DNA of 64,000 nt from Convolutriloba macropyga (lineage: Eukaryota): contig NC_134474.1 in assembly GCF_964194025.1 (NCBI RefSeq), positions 13,330,001 to 13,394,000 of the forward strand. The letters run 5' to 3'. Within the stretch, counting starts at the first letter, position 1. The number at the start of each line of letters is the position of its first letter. Shown one piece after another: positions 61,404 through 64,000 of this stretch. A model generated the notes under the pieces. That model was not told the DNA's origin. It saw only the letters and a program-made list of their open reading frames with translations, and made no database searches. The position numbers and the translations under genes were made by a program.

Positions 61404-64000
61404 CTCAGTTCAAATCAGTTCTCTTGTAACGAGTCATTACGTTAGATAGGTTCTATCATCAACTAGACCATCAACTAGACGGTTTGTGTAGTTTTTGTAC
61501 ATGTTTCTTGTGACATCTGATTCAATTTTCCGACACTTTTTCTAAATTTTTGATTAGATTCAGATCGGTACGCTGTGGCCATTCAGGTACATCCGGCTCT
61601 TTTTGTTAGCCGGTTACTATTTGGTGTCGTTTGAATTCATATTTACTAGATCTTAATCTTGAGCTGTTCTTGTTTTTTTGGCCATGAAAATTGGACATTT
61701 CGAATCGCAGAAGCGTGGCAAACAGTAAAATAACAAAGCAGCTTAACTATCTTTTCTGTGTAAATCGAGAAAATGAGAATGAAATTTCGTTTAAAAGTTC
61801 AAGATTTTATGCATTTCTTCACGCCTTAGCTCAAATCAAACGTTTTGAGCTATAGTAAAGCTTAAAGGGCACAAATTGTGCTCTTCGGAGCTTTTTGGTA
61901 CCAAAGTCTATTATGATTAAATCAAGTGAACAGATTAATTATTTTGTTTTCCTCAAAATAATTAGTTTATTTCTTTGTTAATGTAAAATAACTTCTCTAT
62001 ATTTGATATCGGAACTCCGTTCTTTATTAGCTATTTCAGAAACATCAGCAAATTCAGGAATTTTCATCAGCAATGTTCATCAGTTTTGTTGAAGTAGTGT
62101 GCTCTGGTTTTGAGGAGCCAGATATAAGTTTTCCAACACCTGTTCTTGAGGCAGAATTATGTATTGAACTGAATAGATAGCAGAATGTAATGAGTTTTTT
62201 TGCAAACATTCACCATATTACCAATGCTACGAGTTAATCACGTTAAATGTCGCTGAAGTTATTATACGCAGTTAATTGTGCCCAAAATAGCCGGGATTAT
62301 TCGTCTGCGTTTTCTACTTAATAGCTGTGGTATGCGATATTATCTGTGATTTAATTTTTTTTCAGCTATGTCTTTTTTAGGTTGTCTATCTTCCGTTGAC
62401 GATTGAGGAGATAAGTCTCTCTTAATTTAGAGATGTACTACGTTTTCAAAGCGTTTCACAAATGTGTTAACAAAATTATTCGTTGAACTGAATCGTTGGG
62501 CTTCTAGTTAATATTCTTTTAATAGATCCTTGGCCAAAGTTTTTCACCGAAGATTGATTTTTATTAATTTATGGCTACGGTAACAGTAAGCAGGAATTCC
62601 TTGCTAATTTTTTCTCTTTACTACATTGTTATTCATTTTTTTAAAAAAAATGTCTCTAATTAATTGCTATATGCTATGCTGCCAACAGTTTAGGCGTATT
62701 CCCATTCATTCATTGAACATTTAATATTCGTATAAGCTGACCTAAATGTTAAACGGTATGCTAAACTATTGTTCTTCTCGCTGTATCGTTTTCACCTTAA
62801 AAAATTTTTGTTGATGCGTATATATTTTGAAAGCTGTTCGTAATGGAAAGAACTTACTGAAATAAACTGACTTTAGTATCAAAGAGCTCATTGAAGCTGC
62901 GCTTAGTGAAGCTTTTAATTGTCAACGTGCCGCAAATTTCCTTTGCAATCATATCTTGATTACTGCGGCCACATAACAGTTACTACATATAGAAGTATCT
63001 TTATTTATGAAGTTCAGTATCAGGTTGATTGGCAAGTCAGATAGTTCTGATTTTTTTTGGCGAAAGTATATAAATTAAAAATAACCGCTAGGTTAAAGAC
63101 TTACATGTTCACAAATATCAGGAATTACTTATTAAGTGTCGAAATTATTATTGCAACTTTGGCTGGTTGCTCTCATAGATAAAACTACTATTTGAACGCT
63201 TTTTGTCCCTTCTCAATTATTTTTCAATGTTGATTAACGTGATTTATTTGTTGTAGCAATTTAAACCTTTTTCTAAGATTGGATAAAGGCATTTTAATTT
63301 TCCTTTTACAATTAGATGTAATTTATTGCTGATTTGAGGAATATTGACTTAATTTGGTCTCAGAGGGAGGAACCAATTATTCCATTCACGTCTGTATGTT
63401 TTATTGTGAATGAAATGGCACTAGGTGCCAGAAATGAATTTTGTTTTTGTTGAAGTTGACGGTCGTCATGTTTGTTTTGGCGTAGCCTCAGCATATTTTA
63501 AGACTTTATTGAAGTTTTGTCTGCCGATTATGGGATCGAGCCAATTTGTTTTGCTGTTTTAATTTAGTTTTGAAGCTTTTTGAGATTACAATCAAATACA
63601 AATGCGGTAAGGACCCTTCTTTAAATGATAATTTCTGAATAGCATTTTTCATACGCTGAACGTGAGACTTACTTTGATGTTAGAAGGCCAAGAAAGAACG
63701 ACCTAATATAAATTGTGAACAATACGGCTCGTGCGAGTCTGTGCATAGCACAGAATGTTCCAGCGTATCTCTCTGCAATCTTGAAATGCTGTTAGAGAAA
63801 CCCAAAAAACTTTATTTCTGGAAATTGGTCAATACTGAAGGGTTGTCACTGTTCAATTAGCTTTTTTGTTTTTTTTTTCTAAAAATTAGGCGTTGACTTT
63901 TTAAGGCAATTGTATCGGTTACTGTAATTTTGACGCTGAACTGTATTTTGACACTTTTTCAATTTTGACTTTTCATGAGAATAATTGGACAATTAGTTTT

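Overview
AT-rich eukaryotic (animal) genomic DNA that is almost entirely a transposon graveyard around one intact host gene; an acoel-like invertebrate is my inference only. In order: a ~1.4-kb-period direct repeat; a decayed Bel/Pao LTR retrotransposon (~3.9-10.2 kb); a 200-N gap; a decayed Polinton/Maverick (adintovirus-like) element with ~1.7-2.2-kb TIRs (14.3-27.5 kb) carrying protease, major and minor capsids, core protein, integrase and packaging ATPase but no recognisable DNA polymerase; a separate decayed pPolB gene (33-39 kb) amplified by 2.3-kb x2 and 1096-bp x3 tandem duplications; a nest of CR1/L2-type LINEs (39-50.3 kb); an intact single-ORF NAPE-PLD gene (50929-51996); then dispersed repeats, a tRNA-derived SINE-like head and a LINE 3' fragment. 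The most interesting signal is in the LINE nest. Two divergent elements carry stand-alone SGNH-hydrolase genes upstream of ORF1/ORF2. The younger inserted into the SGNH gene of the older (AATT duplication, in-frame rejoin). Both begin with the same 22-nt sequence (GTTGTGATAAACTTATTAAATA) and diverge immediately after it, which suggests polycistronic retrotransposons copied from spliced-leader trans-spliced RNA. All calls come from manual reading and translation; pseudogene boundaries are approximate.
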